Made by a program: the position numbers and the translations under genes. The notes beneath the pieces are model-generated. The model worked only from the letters and a program-made list of their open reading frames with translations, was not told the DNA's origin and searched no databases. Positions 55,874 to 56,467 of a DNA stretch of 56,467 bases are shown piece by piece. Each line of letters begins with the position of its first letter. Within the stretch, counting starts at the first letter, position 1. The DNA is from a virus (lineage: Duplodnaviria; Caudoviricetes): positions 1 to 56,467 of IMG/VR virus record IMGVR_UViG_3300043464_000574. One strand, written 5' to 3'.

Positions 55874-55939
55874 GTATGCGAGTCGTCCACCAGTCTGCAT
55901 ACCGTCAGCCGGGTCTGTCTGGCGGACTCGTTTTCCCGG
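55874..55939 (-). ncRNA. Candidate double-pseudoknot cis-regulatory RNA
   Basis: Minus strand interleaved helices CCGGG/CCCGG, GTCCGCCAG/CTGGTGGAC and GTATGC/GCATAC, ending at the GAGG RBS. Confidence 0.5.
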
Positions 55940-55965
55940 TAATGCGATTAAACACCACGAATGCA

Positions 55966-56000
55966 CAAAAAGAAAGGGGGACCGAAGTCCCCCCTTCTCT
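55966..56000 (-). terminator. Intrinsic terminator after the major capsid gene
   Basis: Minus strand GAAGGGGGGAC-TTCG-GTCCCCCTTTC-TTTTT. Confidence 0.88.
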
Positions 56001-56013
56001 GCCTTTTGGGCTA

Positions 56014-56467
56014 TCAGGTCGAACCCGGCGAACCGTAGATGCCCAGCGGATCGCTGACACCAAACGAGTAACGCTCGCGAGCCTTGTACCGGACGTTGCC
56101 GGTGTCAAAGTCGCCATCCATGCCGGTCGAGAGCGGAGTACGCACAAAGTGCTTCATTCCGTTCGGAACGTCAGTGATGAGGAAGAAGGCGTTCGTGTCG
56201 GTCAAGTAGTGGTTGACCGCATAGCCTTCCGGGATCGCGCCCATGTTACGGATCGCGTTGATGTCGTTATCGGCAGTCGCCGTGCGGAGAGTGGTCTCCA
56301 TGAGGCGCTCGGCAACGAACATCAACTGCGACGGCACAATGAGACGACGAGGACGGGCGGCGATCAAGAGACCGCGCTCGTCCACATAGTTCGCAATCGA
56401 GATGATTGCGTCTTCCAAGGAAGTCTCGTTGAGGTCCGCACCCACGGTCGGACGGTTGGCATTGGTG
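56014..56467 (-). CDS. Major capsid protein, C-terminal part (truncated)
   Basis: DLNETSLE.A, DERGL.I, LIVP..L.F.A.RL, NHYLTD..AFF..TD, DFDTGN.RYKARERYSFG..DP. Confidence 0.9.
   Translation of the reverse strand, partial: TNANRPTVGADLNETSLEDAIISIANYVDERGLLIAARPRRLIVPSQLMFVAERLMETTLRTATADNDINAIRNMGAIPEGYAVNHYLTDTNAFFLITDVPNGMKHFVRTPLSTGMDGDFDTGNVRYKARERYSFGVSDPLGIYGSPGST

Noticed and set aside
1-56467. tRNA genes, integrase/att sites, genetic-code reassignment, apparent GATC/TCGA abundance
   Set aside because: No cloverleaf or integrase motifs were found by eye; genes are intact in the standard code; GATC/TCGA frequency could not be quantified and may reflect codon usage.

Overview
Nearly complete genome of a tailed dsDNA phage (Caudoviricetes, podovirus-like layout: portal, adaptors, tail-hub protein, large ejection proteins, no tape measure), probably infecting a Gram-negative bacterium (sigma70-like promoters, AGGAG ribosome-binding sites, GH24 endolysin). 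The two window ends fall in the capsid module: the start of a putative decoration gene at 1-100 and the C-terminal part of the major capsid gene at 56014-56467, so the window looks like a circularly permuted genome with a short gap. Minus strand: packaging/head genes (TerS, TerL, portal, GroES-like, scaffold), small basic proteins, adaptors, tail fibre, lysis, ejection proteins and a 2817-aa polyvalent protein. Plus strand: an early region (7.8-14.1 kb) and a recombination/modification region (16.9-24.6 kb), with primase-helicase and RusA on the minus strand between them. No integrase, DNA polymerase, tRNA or CRISPR array was recognised. Main observations: (1) two type II hammerhead ribozymes (8609-8660, 9414-9492) with the same stem II bracket an 832-nt four-gene cassette, which would be excised and could circularise through a chimeric hammerhead; (2) a genome-wide enriched palindrome GTTTAAAC, often between RBS and start codon; (3) several structured non-coding leaders; (4) repeated IR[E/Y]SR linkers between domains of the giant protein; (5) a GNAT/methyltransferase/DDxxD enzyme trio inside the ejection-protein operon. 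All protein calls come from recognising motifs by eye, not from database searches.
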